Shown here piece after piece: positions 35,901 to 48,374 of a stretch of DNA of 63,282 nt (within the stretch, counting starts at the first letter, position 1; the number at the start of each line of letters is the position of its first letter). The stretch lies in contig JADGRE010000004.1 in assembly GCA_017881185.1 (NCBI GenBank), positions 1-63,282 of the forward strand, read 5' to 3'. Source of the DNA: Pseudomonadota bacterium (GTDB taxonomy: Bacteria; Myxococcota_A; Polyangia; Polyangiales; JAFGIB01). The notes under the pieces were generated by a model. That model searched no databases. It was not told where the DNA came from and saw only the letters and a program-made list of their open reading frames with translations. The position numbers were made by a program, and so were the translations under genes.

Positions 35901-38465
35901 ATGGCGAATAAGCTCGAACGCTACCGCGGCAAGCGTAATCCAGCGCGCACCAACGAACCGTTCGGCGCTGAACCTCTGCGCAGCGGGCCCCGCACCCGAA
36001 ACGGTCGTTACGTGGTGCACCTGCACGATGCCACGCGGCAGCACTACGACCTGCGCATCGAAGTCGGCGGCGTGCTCAAAAGCTTTGCGATTCCGAAGGG
36101 GCCGAGCCTACGCGTGGCCGACAAACGTCTGGCCGTACACACCGAAGATCACCCCATCGACTACCTCGACTTCGAGGCCGTGATCCCCGAAGGCAACTAC
36201 GGCGCAGGCCCCATGATCCTCTGGGACCTCGGTGTGATTCACTACCTCGAGACCGACGCCGAGACGGGCTTCGACAAGGGCAAGCTCGACTTCACGCTGC
36301 AGGGTTTCAAGCTGCGCGGTCGCTTCGCGTTGGTCGAGACCGGACGCCGCCGCGGCAAGAGCGACGGCAAACGCCAGTGGCTGCTGCTGAAGAAGCCGGA
36401 TGCGTACGCGAGCGACGAGCGCGACCTGCTGCGTGACGAAGCGCGCAGCGTGCTGTCGGGACTGCGCGTGGACGAGCTCCCGCATGCTGCAGCGCTCGCC
36501 GCCGAGGTCGAAGCGCACGCGCGTGCGCTCGGTGTGCGCGCCGCCGCTCCCAACGCCAAAGACATCACGCCGATGCGCTGCACCGAGCGCGACGGCAAGC
36601 TCGACGACCCGCGCTGCCTGTACGAGTTGAAGCTCGACGGCGTGCGCATCGTCGCCGAGCGCAGCGGCCAGCACGTGGCGCTGCGGTACCGGACCGGTCG
36701 CAACGCCACCACCAGCTACCCCGAGATCGCCCGCGCCTTGCGCGCGTTGGCAGCGCAGCAGGTCATCCTCGACGGCGAGATCGTCGCGTTCGACGACAGT
36801 GGTCGGCCAAGCTTTGCGCGCCTGGGCCAACGCATTCACGCGCACGGTGCAGCTGACGTCCGTGCAGCCGCGCGGCAGGCTCCGGTGGCGTACCTGGCAT
36901 TCGATCTGCTGGCCGTCGGCGGCCTCGACCTGCGCGCGCTGCCGCTACACGCGCGCAAGGTGCTGCTTGGCGAGCTCTTGCGCGGCAAGGGCTTCATTCG
37001 CTTGCTCGATCACGTCGAGGGCGATGGCAAAGCGCTACTTGCGTTCTGCGAAGCGCAGGGTCTCGAAGGCGTCATCGGCAAGCGAGCCGATTCTCGCTAC
37101 GTGGCCGGCCCGGAGCGTTCAGCCCACTGGTTCAAGGTCAAGCGCGTGTTACACGACGACTTCGTGGTCGTGGGCTACACCCTGGGTAGCGGCAACCGCA
37201 AGGCACTCGGCGCGCTGGAGCTCGGCAGCTACGTCGAAGGCGAGCTACGCACGCGTGGTCGCGTTGGCAGTGGGTTCGACGCGACCGCGCTACATGCGCT
37301 GCGCCGGGAGCTGGACGCCCGCGTGCAACCGCAGTGTGCTGCACGGGGCGAGCTGCAACCGGCAGCGCATGGCCGTGTATTCGTGGCGCCCGAGCTGGTG
37401 GTGAGCGTGGAGCACGCGGGCTTCACACCCGACGGTCGCTTGCGCCATCCGGTCTTCCGCTCGCTGCGCGACGACGTCACGCCCGATCAATGCACCGCTG
37501 CACCCCACGACGAACGCGAAGCCGCGTTGGTCGAAGCACCGCCTCCAGCCGGCGCGGCCGGCAGCGCTCGCAGCGCGCGCGCCGGCGTGCACATCACGAA
37601 TCCGGACAAGATCTTCTGGCCAAACGAAGGCATCACCAAGGGCGAGCTGTGCGAGTACTACGCGAACATCGCCGATGTGCTGTTGCCGTATCTGCACAAC
37701 CGCCCGGTGCTGATGGTGCGCTATCCCGATGGCATCGAAGGCAAGCATTTCTTCCAGTGGAATGCGCCGGCAGGCACGCCAGATTGGATTCGCACGCGCA
37801 CCATGCGGTCCGACGATCACGCCCGCGAGCTGGTGTTCTTCCAGGTCGACGACCTCGACACACTGCTCTACATCGCGAATCTCGGCTGCATCCCCCTGCA
37901 CGTGCTGGCCGCGCGTTTCCAAGATCTCGAGCGCTGTGACTTCCTGACCGTCGACTTCGACCTTGGCGAAGCACCGCTCGGGCACGCCATCACGCTCGCG
38001 CGCAGCCTGCACGAGCTGCTCGACGAGCTCGGGCTGCCCAGCTTCCCCAAGACCTCGGGCCAGACCGGCTTGCACGTGCTGGTGCCCATGGCCGGCGCGC
38101 CCTTCGAGCTTGCCAAGACCTTCGCGACCTTGCTCGGTCGCATGCTGCAAAGACGCCATCCCGACATCTCCACGATGGAACGCCTGCGTCAAAACCGGCC
38201 CAACGCGGTGTACATCGACACCGGGCAGACCGGTCGCTCGCGCGCGATCGTGGCACCCTACTCCGTGCGCGCGTACCCCGGAGCCACGGTGTCCACGCCA
38301 CTGCGCTGGGACGAGGTCGGCGCGGGCCTGTCACCCGCACGCTTCGACCTGGCCAGCGTGCCCGACCGCGTGGCCGAGCACGGCGACCCGATGCGCGAAT
38401 TGCTCTCGGCGCGCCCCGACTTGGACCATGCAATCGCCAAGCTCGGCAGCATGCTCGAGCGCTGA
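35901..38465 (+). CDS. ligD: DNA ligase D (phosphoesterase-ligase-polymerase)
   Basis: PE: HYDLRIE, TEDHPIDY. Ligase: ELKLDG, EGVIGK, WFKVK. Polymerase: RYPDG, VDFD, KTSG..GLHV, APYSVRA. Confidence 0.96.
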   Translation: MANKLERYRGKRNPARTNEPFGAEPLRSGPRTRNGRYVVHLHDATRQHYDLRIEVGGVLKSFAIPKGPSLRVADKRLAVHTEDHPIDYLDFEAVIPEGNYGAGPMILWDLGVIHYLETDAETGFDKGKLDFTLQGFKLRGRFALVETGRRRGKSDGKRQWLLLKKPDAYASDERDLLRDEARSVLSGLRVDELPHAAALAAEVEAHARALGVRAAAPNAKDITPMRCTERDGKLDDPRCLYELKLDGVRIVAERSGQHVALRYRTGRNATTSYPEIARALRALAAQQVILDGEIVAFDDSGRPSFARLGQRIHAHGAADVRAAARQAPVAYLAFDLLAVGGLDLRALPLHARKVLLGELLRGKGFIRLLDHVEGDGKALLAFCEAQGLEGVIGKRADSRYVAGPERSAHWFKVKRVLHDDFVVVGYTLGSGNRKALGALELGSYVEGELRTRGRVGSGFDATALHALRRELDARVQPQCAARGELQPAAHGRVFVAPELVVSVEHAGFTPDGRLRHPVFRSLRDDVTPDQCTAAPHDEREAALVEAPPPAGAAGSARSARAGVHITNPDKIFWPNEGITKGELCEYYANIADVLLPYLHNRPVLMVRYPDGIEGKHFFQWNAPAGTPDWIRTRTMRSDDHARELVFFQVDDLDTLLYIANLGCIPLHVLAARFQDLERCDFLTVDFDLGEAPLGHAITLARSLHELLDELGLPSFPKTSGQTGLHVLVPMAGAPFELAKTFATLLGRMLQRRHPDISTMERLRQNRPNAVYIDTGQTGRSRAIVAPYSVRAYPGATVSTPLRWDEVGAGLSPARFDLASVPDRVAEHGDPMRELLSARPDLDHAIAKLGSMLER

Positions 38466-38525
38466 GCGCTTGCCGAGACCCTAGCCCTGCCCTACACCAG
38501 AACGGCAGGCTCGCCCGGCATCACG

Positions 38526-39623
38526 ATGCACGATTCGCACCCGACGGCCACTACCGCAAGCGCGCGCACCGCAAGCGCACGCACCGCAAGCGCGCGCGCC
38601 GCCAGCCCATCGCTCGTCGATCAGCTTGGCCGACCGCTGCGCGACCTGCGCGTGTCGGTCACCGACCGCTGCAATTTCCGCTGCGGCTACTGCATGCCCG
38701 CCGCGGTCTACGCGGACGAGACCAAGTTCCTGCCATCGTCGCACCTGCTGTCGTTCGCGGAGATCGAGCGCGTCGTGCGTCTCGCCGTCACGCAGCTGGG
38801 TGTCGAGAAGGTGCGGCTCACGGGTGGCGAGCCCCTGCTGCGTCCCGACCTCCCGCAGCTGGTGGCGGCGCTTGCCCGCATTCCCGGTCTCGCAGACCTC
38901 ACCCTCACCACCAACGGCTACCTGCTCGCAGAGCATGCGCGCGCGTTCGCCGACGCCGGGCTCAACCGACTCACCGTCAGTCTCGACAGCCTCGACGCCG
39001 CTGAATTCGCCGCCATGAGCGGCGCACAGCGCAAGCTGGAGCGGGTGCTCGCGGGCCTCGATGCAGCTGTCGCATCCGGACTCTCACCCCTCAAGCTCAA
39101 CTGCGTCGTGATTCGTGGGCAAAACGACAGCAGCGTGGTCGCGCTCGCCGAGCGCTTTCGAGGCACGCCTCACGTGCTGCGCTTCATCGAATACATGGAC
39201 GTCGGCACGGTCAACGGCTGGCAAGCGAGCGCGGTGGTACCTGCGCGCGAGATCCTCGACCAGCTCGCGCAACGCTGGCCGGTGCATCCGCTGTCACCCA
39301 CCTACGCGGGCGAGGTCGCCCAACGCTACGCCTACGACGACGGCCAGGGCGAGATCGGGATGATCGCGTCGGTCACCGCGCCGTTCTGCGGCGACTGCCA
39401 CCGCGCACGCCTCTCGGCCGATGGACGCCTCTTGACCTGCCTGTTCGCCACCGGCGGATTCAGCATGCGCGACGCACTGCGCGCCGGTGCGAGCGACGCC
39501 AGCTTGCTGGCTCGGGTACGCGAGCTGTGGCAAGCGCGTACCGATCGCTACTCCGAGCAGCGCGCGGCGCCGCGTACGGGCACTGGCAGGCGCCGACTGG
39601 AGATGTACCAAATCGGCGGGTAG
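38526..39623 (+). CDS. moaA: GTP 3',8-cyclase MoaA
   Basis: LRVSVTDRCNFRCGYCMP, RLTGGEPLLR, FCGDCHRARL and C-terminal IGG. Confidence 0.97.
   Translation: MHDSHPTATTASARTASARTASARAASPSLVDQLGRPLRDLRVSVTDRCNFRCGYCMPAAVYADETKFLPSSHLLSFAEIERVVRLAVTQLGVEKVRLTGGEPLLRPDLPQLVAALARIPGLADLTLTTNGYLLAEHARAFADAGLNRLTVSLDSLDAAEFAAMSGAQRKLERVLAGLDAAVASGLSPLKLNCVVIRGQNDSSVVALAERFRGTPHVLRFIEYMDVGTVNGWQASAVVPAREILDQLAQRWPVHPLSPTYAGEVAQRYAYDDGQGEIGMIASVTAPFCGDCHRARLSADGRLLTCLFATGGFSMRDALRAGASDASLLARVRELWQARTDRYSEQRAAPRTGTGRRRLEMYQIGG
38553..38597 (+). repeat. 15-bp in-frame tandem repeat x3 (TASAR) in the moaA 5' end
   Basis: ACCGCAAGCGC(G/A)CGC at 38553, 38568 and 38583. Confidence 0.9.
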
Positions 39624-39638
39624 ACTGGCCTTCGCCAC

Positions 39639-40565
39639 ATGCGCAAGCTCGCCAGCTTCGACGACCCAGCGCTCGCGCAACGCGTACGTGACGTGCTGCA
39701 CGGCGAGCACATCCCCACCGAGGCACGTCGCACCGACGAAGGCCAGCATGCAGTGTGGATCGTCGTCGAGGAAGACCTCGACCGAGCTCGCGCATTTCTG
39801 CACGACTTCCTGGCCGACCCCAACGCACTGCGCTACGCACCCGCGCTACGCGCTGGTCAGGCCAAGCGCGTCGTGGTCACCCGCATGGCGGAGCGGCGCA
39901 CACCACCGCGCGCCGAGCTGCGGCGGGCGCTCAGCAGCGGCGCGCGGCGCACTCCTGTCACGCTGGCGCTGCTCGTGATCTGCGGCGCGGTGGCCGTTGT
40001 CACCCAGCTCGGCCAACGCACCGAGCGCGTGCAGTGGCTCACCGCGGCGGTCTTTCGACGAACGGCCAAGAGCGTTTCGTGGAACGTCGGCGTCGATCTA
40101 TGGCGACACGGCCAGCTGTGGCGCGTGTGGACGCCGAGCTTCTTGCACTTCGGCATCTTTCACCTGCTGTTCAATGCCTGGTGTCTGCTCGAGTACGGCG
40201 TGCGCAGCGAGCGCGTACAAGGCTCTGCGCGCTTCGCCGGGCTCGTGGCGTGGAGTGCCGCCATCAGCAACATCACGCAGGTGTACTTCGCCGGACCGAA
40301 TTTCGGAGGCATGTCTGGTGTGGTGTACGCGTTCGTCGGCTACCACTGGATACGCCAGAGGCTGAGTCCCGACGCCGAGCCCGTGCTGCGTCGCGACGAG
40401 CTCGCGTTCTTCGGCATCTGGCTGCTGCTCGGCTTCACGGGCGCGCTGGACGGCCTCGTAGGTGCCATGGCGAACTACTGCCACCTCGCTGGCGTCGCTG
40501 CTGGTGCGCTCTACGCTTACGCCGGGTCGCTCACGCCCGCACCGGTGCGCCGCTCACGGCCCTGA
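39639..40565 (+). CDS. glpG: Rhomboid intramembrane serine protease (GlpG-like, with N-terminal soluble domain)
   Basis: QLWRVWTPSFLHFGIFHLLFN, GGMSGVVY (GxSG) and NYCHLAG. Confidence 0.88.
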   Translation: MRKLASFDDPALAQRVRDVLHGEHIPTEARRTDEGQHAVWIVVEEDLDRARAFLHDFLADPNALRYAPALRAGQAKRVVVTRMAERRTPPRAELRRALSSGARRTPVTLALLVICGAVAVVTQLGQRTERVQWLTAAVFRRTAKSVSWNVGVDLWRHGQLWRVWTPSFLHFGIFHLLFNAWCLLEYGVRSERVQGSARFAGLVAWSAAISNITQVYFAGPNFGGMSGVVYAFVGYHWIRQRLSPDAEPVLRRDELAFFGIWLLLGFTGALDGLVGAMANYCHLAGVAAGALYAYAGSLTPAPVRRSRP

Positions 40566-40586
40566 TCGTCGCACGCCGAGCTCCAC

Positions 40587-40614
40587 CACTCACTCGCGCA
40601 CTCACTCGCGCACT
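40587..40614 (+). repeat. 12-bp tandem duplication downstream of the rhomboid gene
   Basis: CACTCACTCGCG twice, plus CACT. Confidence 0.7.
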
Positions 40615-40728
40615 AGACAGTGTCGCATCGGGTGTGAGACTCGCGACGTGGATCGCGCCCCATGCGATGCTGTTTAAGCCGCGCGCGCCGCTTGCGCGCC
40701 TGGCGGCTTCGTTGGAAGGTTGCGCCCC

Positions 40729-40977
40729 ATGGCCGCGTTGTTGCTCGTGCTGCTCAAGCTGCTGAAGCTAATCGTGTTCGGCGACATCCTCCTCAGCTGG
40801 GTGATGCCCAACAAGGAAGCGTTCCCGCGCTCGTTCACCTCGCAAGTCACCGATCCACTCTACGCGCCCATTCGCGCGCTGATCCGCCCCGAGATGCTCG
40901 GCGGCATCGACATCTCGCCTTTGCCCGTCCTGTTTCTGCTCGACCTCATGGAACGCATGCTGGCGCGGGCCTTCTGA
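40729..40977 (+). CDS. yggT: YggT family membrane protein
   Basis: ILLSWV...TDPLYAPIRALI...GGIDISP. Confidence 0.9.
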   Translation: MAALLLVLLKLLKLIVFGDILLSWVMPNKEAFPRSFTSQVTDPLYAPIRALIRPEMLGGIDISPLPVLFLLDLMERMLARAF

Positions 40978-41065
40978 GCCAGCGCAAGCTCAGCTGAGTG
41001 GAGTCACGCCGTCGGCGATCAGCCAGCGCTCGCCCAGGCCATGAAACGCTGCAGCCCTGGGAACC

Positions 41066-42934
41066 TCAGTTCAGGTCGAAGGTCGTGGGGGCGAGCGCAT
41101 CTTCACCGGGCGTCAGCGCGATGAGTTGATCGCTGCCGTAGCTCAGCCAGCTCAGCGTCATCGCGAAGCCCGGCGTATCCAGCGGTGCACCGCAGTCGAT
41201 TCTGAACACGTAGCGATTGAACTGCGGAAAGAGCGCGCGCAGACCGAGGCCGGCCGCATGGTGCCCGTGAGCGCGAGACAGCTGCGTGTACACGCTGCCA
41301 GCATCGTAGAACGCGACCAGACCAAGGTGGACCGACGAGAGCACCCAGGGCTGCGTGCGGTACTCTAGATTCGCTTGCAGGTAGCTCGCACCGAAATCAT
41401 AGAAGTATTGGCTAGCGTAGCCGCGCAGCCCATTGTCACCGCCGAGCGCGACCAGCGTGCGCTGGGAGTCCCGCCGGCGTTCGTCCCAGACGCCGCGAAA
41501 CACCATGCGGCCGAGTAACCACGCGTAGCTCGGTGTCGCGCCGCGGATGCGCAGCTGACCGTGCTCGTCTTGAACCTGCGAAGCATCCAAGCGCGCCGCG
41601 CTGCTCGCGAGCACATCGAAGAGCGCATCGTGCTTCGCCCAAACGTAGCCAGCAGACGCCCGCGTGACGAAGCCGTCGCTCGAAGAACCAAATGCCGACA
41701 ACGGCAGCTCGAAGCGCGCATCGAGCCGCGGCCCCGTGTGCAAGCTCTCGCTCTGCCCGAAGGTGCCGAGATTCGTGAACACGGCGTAAGTCGGCAGATC
41801 CAGCCGGTAGCGCACGAACGGATACACCGAACGGCGCACACGCGGCAGCACTTCGCGATCGAACACTGCGAGCTGCGCGCCCGAGACCCCTGTCTCCGCG
41901 TTTGCCGCCACGTTCCGATCCTGAAAGCCCGCGCCCGCGGTCCAGGTCTGCGTGTAGCGCTCACCAAAGCGTCGAGACGCCGCAGCTTCGAGCTTCACGC
42001 TGAAATCGTCCCACACGCGCGGCAAGCACCCCGCCTGGCCCGGTCGGCAGGTCTTCCCGTGCACAAGCCCCGGGTTGGCATTGAACCCCACCACCCGCCC
42101 GCCGGAAGTGTCGCGAGATACCAGATCCGCATACTGCGCAAGCAGGTCGTAGGCGACGCGCTGTGCGAGATCGTGAAACGGCCGCCCGAAGAGCAGCGTG
42201 CCCGCAGTGCCTTCGGCCCGGTCGGAGCCACGGTTGAGAATCACGGAGAAGTCCTCGTACAAACGCAGCTCACCACCCAACACGCGCGGATCGAGATAGC
42301 TCTGACCCAGGGTGTAGGTCAGCGGGTCGAGCGTGAAGCTGCCGGCGAGCGACTTGTTGCGGCCTAGGAAGTTGCGCTCGATGAGCTGCAACCCCAGCGA
42401 GTACGTGGTGCCCACGCCAGCGAGCTGCTCCTCGAGCCGCAAGCTCCACAGGTCGCGCGTGTAGACGACGACACCCACCCGCCGCGGATCGTGGGTGCGC
42501 ACCGCGACGATGCGCACCAGCGAGAACGCGCCCATGTCGCGCAGGTTGCGCATGCTCTCCTCCGCCAGCGCCACCGTGAACGGCTCGCCCTCGTGCAACA
42601 GAACGTCGCGACGCACGGTCGCGTCTTCGGTCAGCCAGTGGAAATGGTTGGGCCAGGTCGGTGCAAAGTGTGGCAACACGATCGGCACCGAAAGATCGTC
42701 GGGCTCGAGCACCTCGCGCCGAACCACGCGCAGGTATGCGATGCGCTTGCCTTCTGGCGCAGGGTCCTCGTCCAAGCGCTCGTTGCGCAGGAAGCGCTGC
42801 AAGCGCTGGGTCTCGTAGGTCGGCTCCCTAGCCGCCGGGGCTTGCGCGTGGGCACCCGAGGCATAGACCACCGCCCAGAGCGCAAGCAGCCCCACCCCGA
42901 GGCTTCGCCAGCGCCATCCGAGCATGAGGCTCAA
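41066..42934 (-). CDS. Omp85/BamA-TamA family outer membrane protein (POTRA plus beta-barrel)
   Basis: Signal peptide; LAEESMRNLRDMG.F POTRA-like segment; ERNFLGRNK; LGGDNGLRGY (VRGY-like loop); amphipathic strands. Confidence 0.82.
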   Translation of the reverse strand: MSLMLGWRWRSLGVGLLALWAVVYASGAHAQAPAAREPTYETQRLQRFLRNERLDEDPAPEGKRIAYLRVVRREVLEPDDLSVPIVLPHFAPTWPNHFHWLTEDATVRRDVLLHEGEPFTVALAEESMRNLRDMGAFSLVRIVAVRTHDPRRVGVVVYTRDLWSLRLEEQLAGVGTTYSLGLQLIERNFLGRNKSLAGSFTLDPLTYTLGQSYLDPRVLGGELRLYEDFSVILNRGSDRAEGTAGTLLFGRPFHDLAQRVAYDLLAQYADLVSRDTSGGRVVGFNANPGLVHGKTCRPGQAGCLPRVWDDFSVKLEAAASRRFGERYTQTWTAGAGFQDRNVAANAETGVSGAQLAVFDREVLPRVRRSVYPFVRYRLDLPTYAVFTNLGTFGQSESLHTGPRLDARFELPLSAFGSSSDGFVTRASAGYVWAKHDALFDVLASSAARLDASQVQDEHGQLRIRGATPSYAWLLGRMVFRGVWDERRRDSQRTLVALGGDNGLRGYASQYFYDFGASYLQANLEYRTQPWVLSSVHLGLVAFYDAGSVYTQLSRAHGHHAAGLGLRALFPQFNRYVFRIDCGAPLDTPGFAMTLSWLSYGSDQLIALTPGEDALAPTTFDLN

Positions 42935-43053
42935 TGTATGGAAATCAATGAAATAATACCAGTCGACCGGGCGTCGGACGGGGCGAGTTGGCCAGCTTAA
43001 ACCACTGGATTCGGCCTGCGCTTTCCGTTACAGCTCCGCACCGGCTCTCGCAG

Positions 43054-43068
43054 GCGTAGCGGGTGCCA
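43054..43068 (-). promoter_or_regulatory. Weak sigma54-like element facing the Omp85-family gene
   Basis: Minus strand reads TGGCACCCGCTACGC: correct GG/GC spacing, but the TT before GC is missing. Confidence 0.25.
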
Positions 43069-43185
43069 GACTCCCCTGAATAGCCCCCTGCCACGCGCGT
43101 CCAAAACGCGGGTATCTCACTAAACAAAGCGCAACACGAGGGCGGCGTGTCAGCTCTCGCTCCGTACCTCGAAGGTGACAAGACC

Positions 43186-44196
43186 ATGATTCGCAAACTC
43201 ATCGCGTCCGCCCTCATCGCAGCGCTAATGCTCGCGCTGCCGGGTAGCTCCAAAGTCGCCACCGCAGCGGAGACTCAGTTCATCCGCATCGCCACCCTGG
43301 CGCCGCGCGACTCCGACCTCGCCAAGAGTTTCTTGAAGATCGACAAGGGTCTGCGTGCGACCTCGAACAACGCCTGGGGCGTGCGCTTGTATCCGAGCGG
43401 CGTGGCAGGCGACGAGATCGACGTCATCCGCAAGATGAAGGTCGGCCAGATGGACGCTTCGATCATCACCGCGACGGGTCTCTCCCAGATCGTGCGTGAG
43501 GTCAGCGTGCTCGACGCGCCGGGCGTCATCAACAACTACAAGCAGCTCGAGGCCGTGCAGGCCGCGATGAGCAAAGAGTGGGAAGGCAGCTTCGACAAGG
43601 CTGGCTTCAAGCTCTTGGCGTGGGGCGAGACGGGGCAGTACCGCTGGTTCGCGAAGAACCCCATGACGCGCCCGGCCGATCTCAAGAACATGCGTCCGTG
43701 GGTGTGGCCCGCGAACAACGTCATGAAGGAAATCTACCACGTCATCGGTGCCAACGGCGTTCCGCTGGGCGTGCCCGAGGTGTACGGCGCGCTGCAGACC
43801 AGCATGATCGACATGATCATCGCGACGGCCGTCGCAGTCGTGTCGCTGCAGTGGCACGCGAACCTCAAGCACGTCACCAAGCGCACCACCGGCGTGCTCT
43901 TGGGCGCCATGATCATGAACAAGGAGAAATGGGGCACGCTGCCTCCCGAGGTTCAGAAGCAGGTGCAGGACGAAGTGAAGAAGGGCACCGAGGGCGACAA
44001 GGAAGACATGCGCAAGTCGGATGACCGCGCCTACAACAACCTCGTCAAGCGCGGCTACACGGCCGACGAGTTCACTGCCGAGGGCGAGAAGGAATACATG
44101 GTGATGGCCGAGACCGTGCGCAAGCACTTGGTGGGCCGCATCTACCCGGCCGAGCTGCTCGACCGCGTGATGAAGATCGCCGGCAGCGCCAAGTAA
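43186..44196 (+). CDS. dctP: TRAP transporter substrate-binding protein (DctP/TatP-like)
   Basis: Signal peptide, IRIATLAP, LYPSGVAGDE.DVIRKMKVGQMDA and EVYGALQT. Confidence 0.85.
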   Translation: MIRKLIASALIAALMLALPGSSKVATAAETQFIRIATLAPRDSDLAKSFLKIDKGLRATSNNAWGVRLYPSGVAGDEIDVIRKMKVGQMDASIITATGLSQIVREVSVLDAPGVINNYKQLEAVQAAMSKEWEGSFDKAGFKLLAWGETGQYRWFAKNPMTRPADLKNMRPWVWPANNVMKEIYHVIGANGVPLGVPEVYGALQTSMIDMIIATAVAVVSLQWHANLKHVTKRTTGVLLGAMIMNKEKWGTLPPEVQKQVQDEVKKGTEGDKEDMRKSDDRAYNNLVKRGYTADEFTAEGEKEYMVMAETVRKHLVGRIYPAELLDRVMKIAGSAK

Positions 44197-44219
44197 CCCT
44201 GGACTCGCCAGACTGAGCA

Positions 44220-44254
44220 AACGCCGAGGCCGCAAGGTCTCGGCGTTCTGCTTT
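44220..44254. terminator. Intrinsic terminator hairpin between convergent dctP and thiC
   Basis: AACGCCGAGGCC-GCAA-GGTCTCGGCGTT: a 12-bp stem with one G-U pair and a GNRA loop, followed by CTGCTTT. Confidence 0.8.
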
Positions 44255-44348
44255 AAGCCTGCGTTCCAAGCGCAAGCACGGGGTCAGTTGGGCCCCGTCG
44301 GGTTGTCGTTGTAACGCCCGGACATGCGCATCGTCTAGCAGGCCGCGC

Positions 44349-46080
<1,732 letters not shown>

Positions 46081-46131
46081 ACGGGACTATAGGGCATCGC
46101 CGCCGCGGTGACACCCCGTGCATGCGGGGGG

Positions 46132-46159
46132 TTGACTCGGGGCGTGGCGACCTTACGTT
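46132..46159 (+). promoter_or_regulatory. Candidate sigma70-type promoter of groES-groEL
   Basis: TTGACT-16 nt-TACGTT, about 100 bp upstream of groES. Confidence 0.5.
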
Positions 46160-46258
46160 GCGGCCCCGGCTGCCCCGAGCTCGCGCGGCTAGCCCCGATT
46201 TGCACCCGCCATTACCCGCCCCTGCAGACGCTGGGGCTGCACACGGAGGACTGTCACG

Positions 46259-46549
46259 ATGTCGATTCGCCCATTACAGGACCGCATTCTCGTCAAGCGC
46301 GTGCGCGAAGAAGAGAAGACCAAAGGCGGAATTATCATCCCCGATACTGCCAAGGAAAAGCCCCAAGAGGGCAAGGTCGTGGCAGTGGGCAACGGAGCGA
46401 TTCTCAAGAACGGTCAAGTTCGCCCGCTGACCGTGAAGAAGGGCGACACCGTGCTCTTCGCCAAGTACGGCGGCAACGACATCAAGATCGACGGCGAAGA
46501 CCACCTCATCATGCGCGAGGAAGACATCCTCGCCATCATCGAGCGCTGA
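46259..46549 (+). CDS. groES: Co-chaperonin GroES
   Basis: [12 protein letters not shown]...[18 protein letters not shown]; RBS GGAGG. Confidence 0.98.
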   Translation: MSIRPLQDRILVKRVREEEKTKGGIIIPDTAKEKPQEGKVVAVGNGAILKNGQVRPLTVKKGDTVLFAKYGGNDIKIDGEDHLIMREEDILAIIER

Positions 46550-46618
46550 GCTCAGCGCGGCTCTGCAGCTGCGCGTACACCTCCTCATTCAAACTTTCAG
46601 ACTCAAAGCAGGACATAA

Positions 46619-48262
<1,644 letters not shown>

Positions 48263-48285
48263 CCAACGCGTCTGCGACGTACGGC

Positions 48286-48333
48286 AAAGCGCCGGACGAC
48301 ACCTTCGCGGGTGTCTCCGGCGCTTTCGTTTGT
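48286..48333 (+). terminator. Intrinsic terminator after groEL
   Basis: AAAGCGCCGGA-c-GACACC-ttcgcg-GGTGTC-TCCGGCGCTTT followed by CGTTTGT. Confidence 0.85.
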
Positions 48334-48374
48334 AACGCGTTGCAGGCTACGGCGACGATCCCAAGGTGGCTGAC

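Noticed and set aside
46081-46258. CIRCE or sigma32 element upstream of groES
   Set aside because: No TTAGCACTC-N9-GAGTGCTAA or CTTGAA/CCCCAT match. An 8-bp inverted repeat (46136-46143/46172-46179) is expected by chance at this GC content.
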